Source: a bacterium (GTDB lineage: Bacteria; UBA8248). From it: 64,000 bases of DNA. The notes beneath the pieces are model-generated. The model was not told the DNA's origin, searched no databases, and saw only the letters and a list, made by a program, of their open reading frames with translations. Both the position numbers and the translations under genes were made by a program. How positions within the stretch are numbered: position 1 is the first letter of the stretch; the number at the start of each line of letters is the position of its first letter. The stretch spans positions 480,001-544,000 of the forward strand of contig CBDCRP010000002.1 of NCBI GenBank assembly GCA_965221165.1. Reading direction: 5' to 3'. Positions 1 to 10,457 of the stretch are shown piece by piece.

Positions 1-1482
1 AAGCGTTCAGCGAAAGGCGACGCCATCGTCGTCGGCATCGGAACCAACCCCACGCAACTCGACCCGAGGCTATCACAAGACGCCGTCTCCTCTAAGGTGC
101 AGCGCTTCATTTTCAGCCGTCTGATATCGAGAAACCACGAGGGCCGCATCGTTTTGGAACTCGCCGAGAGTTGGGAGCGGCCCACACCTCTCGTTCATCG
201 GTTCGAACTCAGGCGCGGGGTGCGGTTTCACAACGGCGCAGCCCTCACCTCATCCGACGTGAAATACACCTTCGACTCCATTCGAGACCCCTCTCTCGCC
301 TCCCCCAAGGCGGCGGGACTCAAAGAACTCGCGCGCATCGAAACGCCCACGCCGCACAGGGTCGTCTTTCATCTCTCAGAACCCTCCGCCTCGTTCGCGG
401 AATCCCTCATGGTCGGCATCCTCCCCAAAAGCGCGCGCGAGACGGGGAGGCGCTTCGCCCAAAAACCCGTCGGCACCGGCCCGTTCGAGTTCGTGGAATT
501 CACGCCGGACGAGCGAATCACCTTAAAAGCGTTTTCCGGTCATTTCGGCGGGAAACCCGCTTATGAGCACCTCATCTTCCGGATTCTGCCGGAGGAGACC
601 ATCCGCGTCTTGGAACTCGAAAGCGGCGGGGTCGATTTTCTCCAGAACTCCTTTTCGCCCGATATTTTACCGCGCTTCATCAAGAACAAGCGGCTCAAGA
701 TACGAAAACGCCTGGGAACGAACTTCAGCTACATCGGCTTTAACCTGAGCGACCCGATTCTCTCGAAACTCGAGGTGCGGCGCGCGATAGCCCACGCGAT
801 CGACAGGCACCCCATCGTGCGCTTCATCCACAAGAGTCTCGTCCAGGAGGCGGACAGTCTGCTGCCGCCGGATCATTGGGCGCACCAAAAAGGCCTTCCA
901 AGGTACGAGCACCGCCCCGAGTTGGCCATGAAACTTCTCGATGCGGCGGGCTTCCCCGACCCCGACGGGCCTGGGCCCGAGCCGCGCTTCACCCTCGTCT
1001 ACAAAACCTCACAAAACGAACTGGGGCGCCGCGTCGCCACTGTACTGGGCCATCAACTCGCCCGAGTGGGGATAAAAATGAAAATCCGCTCCTATGAGTG
1101 GGGCACGTTTTTCGGCGACATCAGAAACGGAAACTTCCAGCTCTACAGCCTCACGTGGGTCGGCATATCGGACCCCGACATCTACCGCTATATCTTTCAC
1201 AGCCGCTTCACACCGCCAGCCGGCTTAAACCGGGGCCGCTACAAAAACGCGCGCGTGGACGCGCTCTTAGAGGCCGCTCGCCAACCCATCGCTCCCGAGG
1301 CGCGCGCCCGCACCTACGGCGAGGTGCAGCGCATCCTGGGCGATGAACTTCCCTACATCAACCTGTGGCACAGCGTGAACGTGGCCGTCTTCGATAAGCG
1401 CATATCGGGGTATCGGGTGTACCCGGACGCGGACTTCATCTCGCTGGCGAGAGCCACTCTCTCCCCGGCGGCGAGGCGATAA
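1..1482 (+). CDS. Peptide/nickel ABC transporter substrate-binding protein (DppA/OppA family), 5'-truncated by window
   Basis: Frame open from base 1 (…VVGIGTNPTQLDPR…); SBP_bac_5 motifs LRRGVRFHNG, DVKYTF, PVGTGPF; followed by two permeases. Confidence 0.93.
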   Translation, partial: KRSAKGDAIVVGIGTNPTQLDPRLSQDAVSSKVQRFIFSRLISRNHEGRIVLELAESWERPTPLVHRFELRRGVRFHNGAALTSSDVKYTFDSIRDPSLASPKAAGLKELARIETPTPHRVVFHLSEPSASFAESLMVGILPKSARETGRRFAQKPVGTGPFEFVEFTPDERITLKAFSGHFGGKPAYEHLIFRILPEETIRVLELESGGVDFLQNSFSPDILPRFIKNKRLKIRKRLGTNFSYIGFNLSDPILSKLEVRRAIAHAIDRHPIVRFIHKSLVQEADSLLPPDHWAHQKGLPRYEHRPELAMKLLDAAGFPDPDGPGPEPRFTLVYKTSQNELGRRVATVLGHQLARVGIKMKIRSYEWGTFFGDIRNGNFQLYSLTWVGISDPDIYRYIFHSRFTPPAGLNRGRYKNARVDALLEAARQPIAPEARARTYGEVQRILGDELPYINLWHSVNVAVFDKRISGYRVYPDADFISLARATLSPAARR

Positions 1483-2403
1483 ATGAGAAAATTCCTCCTG
1501 AGGCGCATTCTGCTGCTCATCCCCGTCCTGTGGGGGGTGACGACGCTCGTTTTCATCGTCACCCAGGTGTTGCCGGGTGACCCGGTGGACCTGATGCTGG
1601 GCGAGACCGCCCGGCCCGCCCAACGCGAACAACTGCGCAGTACGCTGGGGCTGGACAGACCCCTGGGCGTTCAATACGCCGATTACATGGGCGGGCTGCT
1701 GAAAGGGGATCTGGGCACCTCGCTCCACCAGAGGAGAGCTGTGTCGGCCATCATCTTCGAGCGTACTTACGCCTCTGCGGAACTCACGCTCGCCTCAATG
1801 GTTGTCGCCCTGCTCATCTCGCTTCCACTGGGAATCGCGGCGGCGCGGCGACAGGGCACGGGAATCGACCTGGCGGCCGGCTTTCTCGCCGTGGCGGGCG
1901 CGAGCATGCCCGTCTTCTGGCTCGGCCCGCTGCTCATCATCGTCTTCTCCATCGGTCTCGGCTGGTTCCCCGTCTCGGGCAGGGAGGGGGCTTTAAGCCT
2001 CATCCTCCCCGCCGTGACGCTCGGCGCCGCTCTCTCTCCGATATTGATGCGCATGGCGCGCTCGAGCCTCCTGGAAGTGCTGCCGCAAGACTACATCAGC
2101 GCGGCGCGCGCAAAGGGCATTTCGGAAAAAAGAGTGCTCTGGCTGCATGCGCTCAAGAACGCGTGCCTGCCGCTCATCACCATCCTGAGCCTCCAGCTCG
2201 GCGCCCTGCTCTCGGGCGCCATCATCACGGAGACCGTCTTCGCCTGGCCCGGCGTGGGCCGCCTGGTGATTCAGGCCATCGCCTCGCGCGACTACCCCCT
2301 CGTGCAGGGCTGCGTGCTGTTCATCGCCGCCATCTACGTGAGCGCGAATTTTCTGGCCGACATCGCCTACGCCTGGCTCGACCCGCGCGTGAGGTTGACG
2401 TGA
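1483..2403 (+). CDS. Peptide/nickel ABC transporter permease (DppB/NikB-like)
   Basis: LPGDPV, GDLGTS, EAA loop (YISAARAKG), ETVFAWPGVG, LDPRV end. Confidence 0.93.
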   Translation: MRKFLLRRILLLIPVLWGVTTLVFIVTQVLPGDPVDLMLGETARPAQREQLRSTLGLDRPLGVQYADYMGGLLKGDLGTSLHQRRAVSAIIFERTYASAELTLASMVVALLISLPLGIAAARRQGTGIDLAAGFLAVAGASMPVFWLGPLLIIVFSIGLGWFPVSGREGALSLILPAVTLGAALSPILMRMARSSLLEVLPQDYISAARAKGISEKRVLWLHALKNACLPLITILSLQLGALLSGAIITETVFAWPGVGRLVIQAIASRDYPLVQGCVLFIAAIYVSANFLADIAYAWLDPRVRLT

Positions 2404-3209
2404 GACGCGGTCTTTCCATCTACCTGGGCGGCGGCATCATCGCCCTTTTGCTCATCACCACTCTAGCCGCCCCCGTCCTCTCTCCCCAAAACCCGTATGA
2501 GATGAAACTATCGCAAGGGCTGGCCTCCCCCGAACCGGCGCATCCTTTCGGGCGGGACAAGCTTGGTCGCGACATCCTAAGCCGAGTACTGCACGGCGGC
2601 AGAACGTCGCTCACGGTGGGCTTCGCCGCTGTCTCCATATCCGTCCTGCTGGGCGTCCTCATCGGAGGAATCGCGGGTTATTTCGGCGGGGTCTGGGATG
2701 AGGCGATCATGCGCGTCACCGACGTGTTTCTGGCCTTTCCGGGCATTCTGCTCGCTATCGCGCTCATGTCCGTGCTTGCACCGAGTCTGTGGAACATCGT
2801 CATCTCTCTTTCGGTATTCGGGTGGGTCGGCTACGCGCGCCTCGTCCGCGCACAGGTGCTCGCGCTGCGCGAGCGCGAATTCGTTACCGCTGCTCACGCC
2901 GCGGGAGCCACGCCCGGGCGAATTCTCACCCGGCACCTATTCACGAACATCATCTCCCCGGTCATCGTGGAGGCGAGCATCGGCATGGCAGGGGCGATTC
3001 TCGCCGAATCTGGACTCTCGTTCCTGGGATTGGGAATTCAGCCGCCCGAACCGAGTTGGGGGGCGATGCTGGCCGAGGGGCGAGACTTCCTGCTCGTTGC
3101 CCCGCACCTGACGATCTATCCGGGAATCGCGATCGCCCTCACCGTCATGGGGTTGAACATCCTGGGCGATGGGTTGAGAGATATGCTCGACCCGACTCAG
3201 AAGAGATAG
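2400..3209 (+). CDS. Peptide ABC transporter permease (DppC-like)
   Basis: GTG overlapping upstream stop; HPFGRDKLGRDILSR, LSFLGLGIQPPEPSWG, GDGLRDMLDP. Confidence 0.92.
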   Translation: MRRGLSIYLGGGIIALLLITTLAAPVLSPQNPYEMKLSQGLASPEPAHPFGRDKLGRDILSRVLHGGRTSLTVGFAAVSISVLLGVLIGGIAGYFGGVWDEAIMRVTDVFLAFPGILLAIALMSVLAPSLWNIVISLSVFGWVGYARLVRAQVLALREREFVTAAHAAGATPGRILTRHLFTNIISPVIVEASIGMAGAILAESGLSFLGLGIQPPEPSWGAMLAEGRDFLLVAPHLTIYPGIAIALTVMGLNILGDGLRDMLDPTQKR

Positions 3210-3661
3210 AGGAAATACCAGCGCCGCTTTTTCTTTTCTTTCTCTTTCACGGCGGGGGCAGCCTCTTGTTTGGGCGCAGGCCCCTCCCCCTGCACTCCTT
3301 TCGGCCTAGGAGTGAACTTCGGCTTGGGAATTTTGGCGATGTCGAGCAAAACACCGTGAGGAAAGTCGGTGCTGCGCTGCTCTTTTTTGAAAAACGTCTC
3401 GGGACGAACGACGTGACATCCGAGGCACCGGGTAGCGGCGCGCAACGGGCTTTTCTCGTCATACCGAAGCCTCTGCTTCTCGATGTGCGGGGCTTCCTGG
3501 AAGCTCGCGTGCAAATGGCAGCTTTGACAGTAAGACGTGACGACCACGTTCTCCTCCGTTAGAGGAAGAGAACCGCGTACGGCACTTTCTATCGGTTTTC
3601 GCTGGCAAGCGGAAACGAACAGCAAACATACCGCCAATACCATGAGCCATGAATTCTTCAT
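3197..3661 (-). CDS. Putative di-heme c-type cytochrome lipoprotein
   Basis: Lipobox-like LFVSAC; two CxxCH motifs (CQSCH, CLGCH); start uncertain. Confidence 0.6.
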   Translation of the reverse strand: MKNSWLMVLAVCLLFVSACQRKPIESAVRGSLPLTEENVVVTSYCQSCHLHASFQEAPHIEKQRLRYDEKSPLRAATRCLGCHVVRPETFFKKEQRSTDFPHGVLLDIAKIPKPKFTPRPKGVQGEGPAPKQEAAPAVKEKEKKKRRWYFLYLF

Positions 3662-3762
3662 CCAGCCGCTCCACAAAATTTTATTCCGAAAAAAGCGTCC
3701 CGTCCCGCTTATGCCCGCGCAGTATACGAACTGAGTCTCCGCACCGCAACGAAGCCGCGCCC

Positions 3763-4176
3763 TCAGGCATCCTGCCTGCGATCGGCCACCGTTTCACGTA
3801 CATAGGCGACGATGTCCTCCATCGTCGCGCCCGGCGTGAAAATCTCGTCCACCCCATTTCCCTTGAGAAAGGGAATATCCTCATCCGGCACGATGCCGCC
3901 CCCAAAGAGCAGAACGTCCTCCATGCCGTGCGCATCGAGCAATTCACGGATTCTGGGAAACAGGTGGTTGTGCGCGCCGGAGAGAATCGAGAGCCCCACG
4001 CAGTCGACGTCCTCCTGCATGGCGGTCGAGGCGATTTGCTCGGGCGTCTGGCGAATGCCCGTGTAAATCACCTCCATGCCGGCGTCCCTGAGCGCGCGCG
4101 CGACTACCTTCGCTCCCCTGTCGTGGCCATCGAGGCCGGGCTTGCCCACCAGCACACGTATTTTTCTCTCACTCAT
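3763..4176 (-). CDS. Cobalamin-binding domain protein (methylmalonyl-CoA mutase small subunit-like)
   Basis: [13 protein letters not shown]12 motif, SILSGAH, GGIVP. Confidence 0.93.
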   Translation of the reverse strand: MSERKIRVLVGKPGLDGHDRGAKVVARALRDAGMEVIYTGIRQTPEQIASTAMQEDVDCVGLSILSGAHNHLFPRIRELLDAHGMEDVLLFGGGIVPDEDIPFLKGNGVDEIFTPGATMEDIVAYVRETVADRRQDA

Positions 4177-4349
4177 TCGCCGCCTCCGCGTGTGATGTGC
4201 TTCTGAAGGATTCAATACCGATTATCCTGTAAAGAAAGCCGCGTTTCAAATGAACTCCATAGACGTATCGACTTTTACCGTAAGTTTTTGTAACCTCAGA
4301 AAATCAGAAATGTAAGACAACGCACCAAATCGCCCCACAGGATTCTCAC

Positions 4350-6386
4350 ATGACGCCTACCCGGGAGATTTACTGGAACATCGTCTTGGGCCCGTTGGTC
4401 TACCTCCTTGCCGCGGCGGCGATCGGCGTGATGTCCTACGGTATCTACCAGCGCGTGCGCTTGTGGCGCCTGGGCGGCGGCGAGATGAGAACAGACAATC
4501 CGGTAAAACGCCTCTGGGGCGTGGTGGATGAGTTGGTGCTCCACCGCCGGATGCTGCGGGACACCTACCCCGGCCTCATGCACTTGTTCATTTTTTATGG
4601 ATTTTTCGCCGAACTCATCGCCACCTCGATGATAGCGGTTCAGGAATGGACGGGAATCCACTACCTCAAGGGAAACCTCTACCTGGGCTACTCGCTGCTC
4701 AGCGACGGATTCGGGCTGTTGGGGATCGTCGGTATTGCTATGGCCCTCTGGCGCCGCCTGGTGGTGAAACCAGAGCGCATGAACTCCGTGCTCGACGACT
4801 ACATGGCACTCTGGCTGCTCCTGCTCGTATTCGTTCAAGGCTTCTTCGTGGAGGGCCTGCGCATCGCGGCAACCGAACTCAGACAGAACCCGGCCCTGGC
4901 GCCGTGGTCGCCGGGCGGCTACGCAGTCGCCCTGACCCTGCAGGGGTTGAGCGTCGAGACACTTCAATTTCTCCACCGCATCAACTGGTGGTTCCACGCC
5001 GTCACCGCATTCGTGCTGCTCGGCTACATGGGTTTCGGGAAATTCAACCACATCTGGTACGGCCTGTTGAACATATTCTGCAGAAATATGGGACCCAGCG
5101 GCAAGCTGAGCTTCATCGACATCGAGGCGACGATGGAAGCGGACCCCGAGGCGCTGGAAACCCTGGGGGTCGAGAAAATCGAGGAGTACACCTGGAAAAA
5201 CCTGCTGGATCTGGACGCCTGCACGAACTGCGGCCGCTGCCAGGACGTCTGCCCCGCCTACATGAGCGGCGTGCCGCTCAGCCCGAAAAAGCTGATTCAG
5301 GACATGAAGGCGCATTTGAGCGAGGCGGGCACGGCGGCGCTCGCGGAAAACGGAGAAGCGGGCGAAAGGCCGCCCCTGTTCGGCGAGCCCGGGGATAAAC
5401 CAGCCGTGCTGGAAGAAGAACTCTGGGGCTGCCGCACCTGCGGGGCCTGCCAGCAGGAGTGCCCCGTCTTCATCGAGCACATCCCCAAGATGGTGGACAT
5501 GCGCCGCTACCTGGTGATGATGGAGTCGAAGACGAGCGAGGACGCGCGTCAGTTCTTAAAGTCGATGGACGAGCGGCTCCACCCCTGGGTGGGCGCCCAG
5601 CACAACCGCGAGGAATGGTACGAGGGACTCGACGTAAAAGTCCTCTCGAGCGGCGAGAAGGCGGAATATCTCTATTGGGTAGGCTGTACGGGCTCGATGA
5701 TCGACCGCAACATCGAGGTGTCGCGGGCGATGGTGAAGATTCTGGGCGCCGCGGGCGTCGACTTCGCCATCCTGGGCGCGGAGGAGGTCTGCACGGGCGA
5801 TCCGGCCCGGCGGGCCGGGGGCGAATTCACCTTCCAGATGTGTGCGAAGCAGAACATCGAGACGCTCAACGGCTATGAGGTGAAGAAAATCATCACCACC
5901 TGCCCCCATTGCTTCAACACGTACAAGAACGAATACCCCGACTTCGGGGGAAACTACGAGGTGGTCCACCATACGCAGCTCATAGCGGAGCTTATAAAAT
6001 CAGGAAAACTCAAGCTCAAGAAATCGCTCGGCTCCCTCACCTATCACGACCCCTGCTACCTGGGCCGCCACAACGGCGTGTATGACGCCCCACGCGAAGT
6101 GCTGCACCAGATATCGGACGGCGGCTTCACGGAACTCAAGCGCAACCGCTCGCGCTCGCTCTGCTGTGGCGCAGGCGGCGGCTACGCCTGGATGGACGAT
6201 GACCCGAAAAAGCGCATCAACCACGAGCGGCTCGAGGACGTGAAGGCCTGCGGGGCCAAAACCGCCGCCGTCTCCTGCCCTTTCTGCATGCAGATGTTCG
6301 ATGACGCCTTAAAGGCGCTCGACCCCGAGAAGAACATCCGCGCCGCCGACATCGCCGAACTCGTCGCCGAGGCGATTGAAGAGTAG
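4350..6386 (+). CDS. Membrane-bound Fe-S oxidoreductase, FadF/heterodisulfide-reductase-like
   Basis: N-terminal TM helices, two CxxCxxCxxxCP clusters, two CCG-type domains (TTCPHC, YHDPCYLGRHN, CCGAGGG). Confidence 0.9.
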   Translation: MTPTREIYWNIVLGPLVYLLAAAAIGVMSYGIYQRVRLWRLGGGEMRTDNPVKRLWGVVDELVLHRRMLRDTYPGLMHLFIFYGFFAELIATSMIAVQEWTGIHYLKGNLYLGYSLLSDGFGLLGIVGIAMALWRRLVVKPERMNSVLDDYMALWLLLLVFVQGFFVEGLRIAATELRQNPALAPWSPGGYAVALTLQGLSVETLQFLHRINWWFHAVTAFVLLGYMGFGKFNHIWYGLLNIFCRNMGPSGKLSFIDIEATMEADPEALETLGVEKIEEYTWKNLLDLDACTNCGRCQDVCPAYMSGVPLSPKKLIQDMKAHLSEAGTAALAENGEAGERPPLFGEPGDKPAVLEEELWGCRTCGACQQECPVFIEHIPKMVDMRRYLVMMESKTSEDARQFLKSMDERLHPWVGAQHNREEWYEGLDVKVLSSGEKAEYLYWVGCTGSMIDRNIEVSRAMVKILGAAGVDFAILGAEEVCTGDPARRAGGEFTFQMCAKQNIETLNGYEVKKIITTCPHCFNTYKNEYPDFGGNYEVVHHTQLIAELIKSGKLKLKKSLGSLTYHDPCYLGRHNGVYDAPREVLHQISDGGFTELKRNRSRSLCCGAGGGYAWMDDDPKKRINHERLEDVKACGAKTAAVSCPFCMQMFDDALKALDPEKNIRAADIAELVAEAIEE

Positions 6387-6544
6387 ACCCCACCCACCCG
6401 ACCGGCGCGCTCTTGAGGCGGCCGCGCCCTTGACCACCTATGAACGAAAACGACCGTGGAGGTCGACGCGCGAATTCACCCTGCGCTTGTGCGAATTTGG
6501 CGGGATGACGCTACGCGGCGCCGGTGGTTCGGAAAGTGCGGCAG

Positions 6545-7240
6545 TCAGCGGGTTCCGTTCTCGGGCCCGGCGGGGGCGACGCGGATGTCACCGTACCAGC
6601 TTCGGGCCGAGAGCTTGCTGTTGTCGGTGTCGGTCATGATGGCGACGTGGGTGATCTCGGTGATGTCGCGACCGAAGTAGCGCCGGAAATCCTCGCGCAT
6701 GTTCCGGCGATGCGTCCGCCACTCTCCGGCGCGGCGCTCGCCCGAATCGACGGCGACCATGCGGGCCTTTTGGGTGTAGGGGTTGGGCCAGGAGGCGCCT
6801 TCGGGCTGGCGGCTGGCCCAGACGTAGACCACCGAATCCGGAAAGGAGAGCATACCGGCGCCGGGGGTGACGAAATAGACGCGGGCGGCGAAGTCATCCC
6901 CCGCCTTCGTCAACTCATCCGGCGGGTTGACGGGGCGCTCGATCCGCCAGCGCCAGATGAGGATCGGCGTTTTGGTGAGGTTGATCTTCCGCTCGTACAC
7001 GAGGCCCGAGGCAGCCGCGTTGCTCACCGCTTCGAGAACAGTTTCACCTGCCTGGTCTTTCGTCAGGCGATAGCGAGTTTCCCCTTTGAAACTTTTGGGC
7101 TGCCAGCCGGCGAGGTCGCCCGCCGAGAACCGGCCGAGAACTATCCCTTGCGCGCACGGCGCACCGGGCGATAGCGTGAGAAGCGCGGTCAAAACGCAGA
7201 GGGCAATTGCGGGGCATTTGCGAAAACGGTAAGTAAGCAT
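6545..7240 (-). CDS. DUF3047 domain exported protein
   Basis: Signal peptide; WRWRIE, GDDFAARVY, AIMTDTDN motifs. Confidence 0.8.
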   Translation of the reverse strand: MLTYRFRKCPAIALCVLTALLTLSPGAPCAQGIVLGRFSAGDLAGWQPKSFKGETRYRLTKDQAGETVLEAVSNAAASGLVYERKINLTKTPILIWRWRIERPVNPPDELTKAGDDFAARVYFVTPGAGMLSFPDSVVYVWASRQPEGASWPNPYTQKARMVAVDSGERRAGEWRTHRRNMREDFRRYFGRDITEITHVAIMTDTDNSKLSARSWYGDIRVAPAGPENGTR

Positions 7241-7250
7241 TCAAAAAACC

Positions 7251-7964
7251 TCAGCGGCAAAACGGCCAAATCTGATACCACGAATCGCACTGAAACCTCG
7301 ATTCGCAGCGCGCGATCTGTGCCTTGTAGCGACGGGCGGTCTCGGCCACCCGCTGCGCGGCGCGGCGTACCTTTGGCTTTTTCTTCCAGGTGCCGCGCCG
7401 GTAGCCGCCCCTTCCCTCGTGATAGGCGAGGTAGAGTCTGTGCGCGTCGTATAAGGAGATGCCCAGTTCGCGCCGGGTCTTGGCGTTGTACCAGCCGACG
7501 AAATCGAGCGCGTCCTTCATGTGCGAGCGGCTGCTCAGCAAGTTGCCGCGCTCCGCCCTGTAGTCCTTCCAGGTCTGGCTCAGGGGCTGCGCATAGCCCA
7601 GAGCCGTGGAGGCGCGGCCGAGCGGGATGAACAAGAACCACCTCATGGGCGGCCTCGCGTGGCTTTGAAAACTCGATTCTTTCTTCACGAACGCCATAAG
7701 CACGTGCACCGGCGTGCCCCAGCGCTTCTCGGACGCGCGGGCGTAGTCGTACCAGTCGGGCTGCTGATCGAAAACCGCACAGATGTTCCCCTGCCGCCTA
7801 GGCGTGGGCGTGACGCAGCCGCTCACGAGAAAAACGAGGGCGAAAGCGAACAAAAGATGGCGGCGCCAGCGCGCATGAGACGCCCGTTTCTCCCAAAAAC
7901 CTTTTGAGCGAAAACGTGAGACCAGCATCGGCTCATTCATCTCCATGTATGGGCGGGGGTGCAT
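7251..7964 (-). CDS. Transglycosylase SLT-like lipoprotein
   Basis: Lipobox LVSGC; ESSF catalytic-Glu motif, GYAQ, YLAYHEG; start uncertain. Confidence 0.8.
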   Translation of the reverse strand: MHPRPYMEMNEPMLVSRFRSKGFWEKRASHARWRRHLLFAFALVFLVSGCVTPTPRRQGNICAVFDQQPDWYDYARASEKRWGTPVHVLMAFVKKESSFQSHARPPMRWFLFIPLGRASTALGYAQPLSQTWKDYRAERGNLLSSRSHMKDALDFVGWYNAKTRRELGISLYDAHRLYLAYHEGRGGYRRGTWKKKPKVRRAAQRVAETARRYKAQIARCESRFQCDSWYQIWPFCR

Positions 7965-8040
7965 TTGCTGTTAATCCGTGAACATCCAAGCAGTTTCATT
8001 CATCATAATTCTTGACATATCGGCAAGGGCGGATTTCGAT

Positions 8041-9183
8041 TCAGTTGAGAAGATGCTTGGCGATGACCTGGCGCAGGATTTCGTTCGTCCCCTCGTAGAT
8101 CTGCGTCACCTTAGAAGCCCGGTAGAACCGCTCCACGGGATACTCGCGCATGTAGCCGTTGCCGCCGTGGAGTTGAACGCCTTCTTCGGCGTTTCGCTGG
8201 GCGGCGTCGGTGGCGAACACCTTGGCGACCGCGGCTTCGGGCGAATAGGGCTCGCCCGCCGCCTTCAGACGCGCCGCCTTCAAGGTGAGCAGACGCGCGC
8301 CGTGGACGCGCGTGGCCATGTCGGCGAGTTTCCATCCCACGGGCTGGTGATCTTTGATCGGCACCCCGAACGTCTCGCGCTCTCGCGCATAGGCCACCGA
8401 GGCGTCGAGACACGCCCGTGCGAAGCCGAGCCCCTGGGCTGCGACGATGATGCGCCCGGAATCCAGGATCCGCATCGCCAGCTCGAAGCCCTGCCCCTCA
8501 TCCCCCATGCGGTTCTCCTCGGGCAGTTCCACGGCGTCGAAGCGAAGCTCCGATACCGAGCAGCCGTGCATCCCCATCTTGTCCTCGCTGCGCACGACCT
8601 CGAAGCCCTCCACATCCGTCGGCACCAGGAAGGCGCTCAGCCCCTTGTGGCGCATCGAGCGATCCGTCACCGCGAAGAGAAGGCACAGGCCCGCCTGCTT
8701 GCCGCTGGTGATGAAGCGCTTCACACCGTTGATGCGGTAGGCGTCCCCCTCGCGCACGGCATTGGTGGTGAGCGAGGCGGCGTCAGAACCCGCGCCCGGC
8801 TCCGTCAAGGCGAAAGCGCCGATGCACGCGCCGCTCGCCAGGCCGTGTAGAAATTTTTCTTTTTGTCCCTCGCTCCCGAATCGATGCACCGGCTCGCAGA
8901 CCAAGGAGTTGTGCGCGGCGAAAATCGCGCTCGTCGAAGGACACGCGGCGGCTACTTCCTCGGTCGCCAGCGCCATCGAAACGGGGTCCGCTCCCCCTCC
9001 GCCATACGAATCCGGCACCGTGAGGCCCATCAGACCAAGCTCCCCCATGCTCTTCACGATTTCCGCCGGGAAACGGCCCTCGTCAATTTCCGCCGCCTGG
9101 GGGGCGATTTCTCGTTCACAGAAATCGCGCGTCATCTGGCGCACCATCTTTTGCTCGTCGTTCAAAAAACCATTCTCAGACAT
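8041..9183 (-). CDS. Acyl-CoA dehydrogenase
   Basis: FALTEPGAGSDA, KMGMHG, QLHGGNGY, IYEGTNEI. Confidence 0.95.
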   Translation of the reverse strand: MSENGFLNDEQKMVRQMTRDFCEREIAPQAAEIDEGRFPAEIVKSMGELGLMGLTVPDSYGGGGADPVSMALATEEVAAACPSTSAIFAAHNSLVCEPVHRFGSEGQKEKFLHGLASGACIGAFALTEPGAGSDAASLTTNAVREGDAYRINGVKRFITSGKQAGLCLLFAVTDRSMRHKGLSAFLVPTDVEGFEVVRSEDKMGMHGCSVSELRFDAVELPEENRMGDEGQGFELAMRILDSGRIIVAAQGLGFARACLDASVAYARERETFGVPIKDHQPVGWKLADMATRVHGARLLTLKAARLKAAGEPYSPEAAVAKVFATDAAQRNAEEGVQLHGGNGYMREYPVERFYRASKVTQIYEGTNEILRQVIAKHLLN

Positions 9184-9436
9184 CACCCATCTCTCCTGTG
9201 ATTCATTGGGCGCCTCTTCGAGGCCGAACATTCCAGCAAGGGCAGAGCGGCGAGCGGCTCTCCACCCTCGATTCATTCAACGCAAAACGCACCTTCAGAC
9301 GCACAATTTAACAGGCCCTTGCCCGAAAATCACCCACGCGGCATCATGCGGATGAAATCGAATAAGATACGGCGTTATCCACCGGGACGAGTCCTTGAAA
9401 TTTCGGGGATTCGCCCGGGTCCCAAAGGAGAAAACC

Positions 9437-10417
9437 ATGGCGGAAACCATCAACGTGCTCACGAGAGAGGACGTCCTCGATAATCTAAACAACCTGCGTG
9501 AGGCGCAGCAGGTCGATTTTTCGGCGTTTTATTCGAGCCACTTAGGCGGCGTGGTGACGGACCCCGCCCTCATGGTCATTCCCTTCGATGACCACATGGT
9601 CCACCGGGGACACGGCATCTTCGACACGGCGGCCATCATCGAGGGAAAAATCTACGATCTGAAAAACCACCTGGATCGCTTCATCCGCTCGGCGGAGGCC
9701 TCGAAGCTCGAACTGCCCAGCCGCGAGGAAATGCGCGAGATCGTCATCCGCACGAGCGCGCTCTCGGGCCGCCGCGAGGGATCGATTCGCTACTGGGCTT
9801 CTTCCGGGACCGGGAACCTGGGGCTGATACCCGCAGGCGACGCCAAGCCCGCTTTTTTCGTGATGATCTTCGGCGGCCTCGACTATCCCGAGCGCTACTA
9901 CGCCGAGGGGATGAAGGTGATGACGACGACCTACCCCATCAAGCCGCCGCTTTACGCCATCACCAAGAGCACGAACTACCTGCCCAACACCCTGATGCAG
10001 ATGGAGGCGAAAGAAGAGGGCCTCGACAACGGGATTTTCGTGGATGAGGCGGGGAACGTGGGCGAGGGCTCGAACATGAACTGCGCCTTCGTTACGGCGG
10101 ACGGCATACTGCGGCATCCCAGGTTCGAGAACATACTCTCGGGCTGCACCGTGAAGCGCCTCCTGGAACTCGCGAGCCGCTTGGTGGATCAGGGCGTCAT
10201 CGCCGACGTGGTGGTGGACGACATTCCCGTGGCCGAGGCCAAGGCCGCCGCCGAGATGATGCTCATCGGAAGCTCGATATACGTCGCCCCCGTCGTGCAG
10301 TGGGACGACCAGATAATCGGAAACGGAAAGCCGGGACCCGTGACCAAGGCGATGCGTGAGTTGCTCGAAGAGGACATGCGCTCGGGCGAGGGTATGCTGA
10401 TAGACGTGCCGTATTAG
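9437..10417 (+). CDS. Class IV PLP-dependent aminotransferase (D-amino-acid/branched-chain/ADC lyase-like)
   Basis: HRGHGIFDT, KSTNYL, EGSNMN, ILSGCT, GNGKPGP; AAGGAG RBS. Confidence 0.9.
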   Translation: MAETINVLTREDVLDNLNNLREAQQVDFSAFYSSHLGGVVTDPALMVIPFDDHMVHRGHGIFDTAAIIEGKIYDLKNHLDRFIRSAEASKLELPSREEMREIVIRTSALSGRREGSIRYWASSGTGNLGLIPAGDAKPAFFVMIFGGLDYPERYYAEGMKVMTTTYPIKPPLYAITKSTNYLPNTLMQMEAKEEGLDNGIFVDEAGNVGEGSNMNCAFVTADGILRHPRFENILSGCTVKRLLELASRLVDQGVIADVVVDDIPVAEAKAAAEMMLIGSSIYVAPVVQWDDQIIGNGKPGPVTKAMRELLEEDMRSGEGMLIDVPY

Positions 10418-10457
10418 TCATCATGTAAAAACTGGAACGGCCCTTTCGAGGGCCGCC

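Noticed and set aside
4296-5480. Long overlapping ORFs (also 7978-8850, 42732-43946, 44047-45204, 48095-49108, 53617-54567, 60755-62218)
   Set aside because: Antisense shadows of well-supported genes in GC-rich DNA, with no recognisable motifs.
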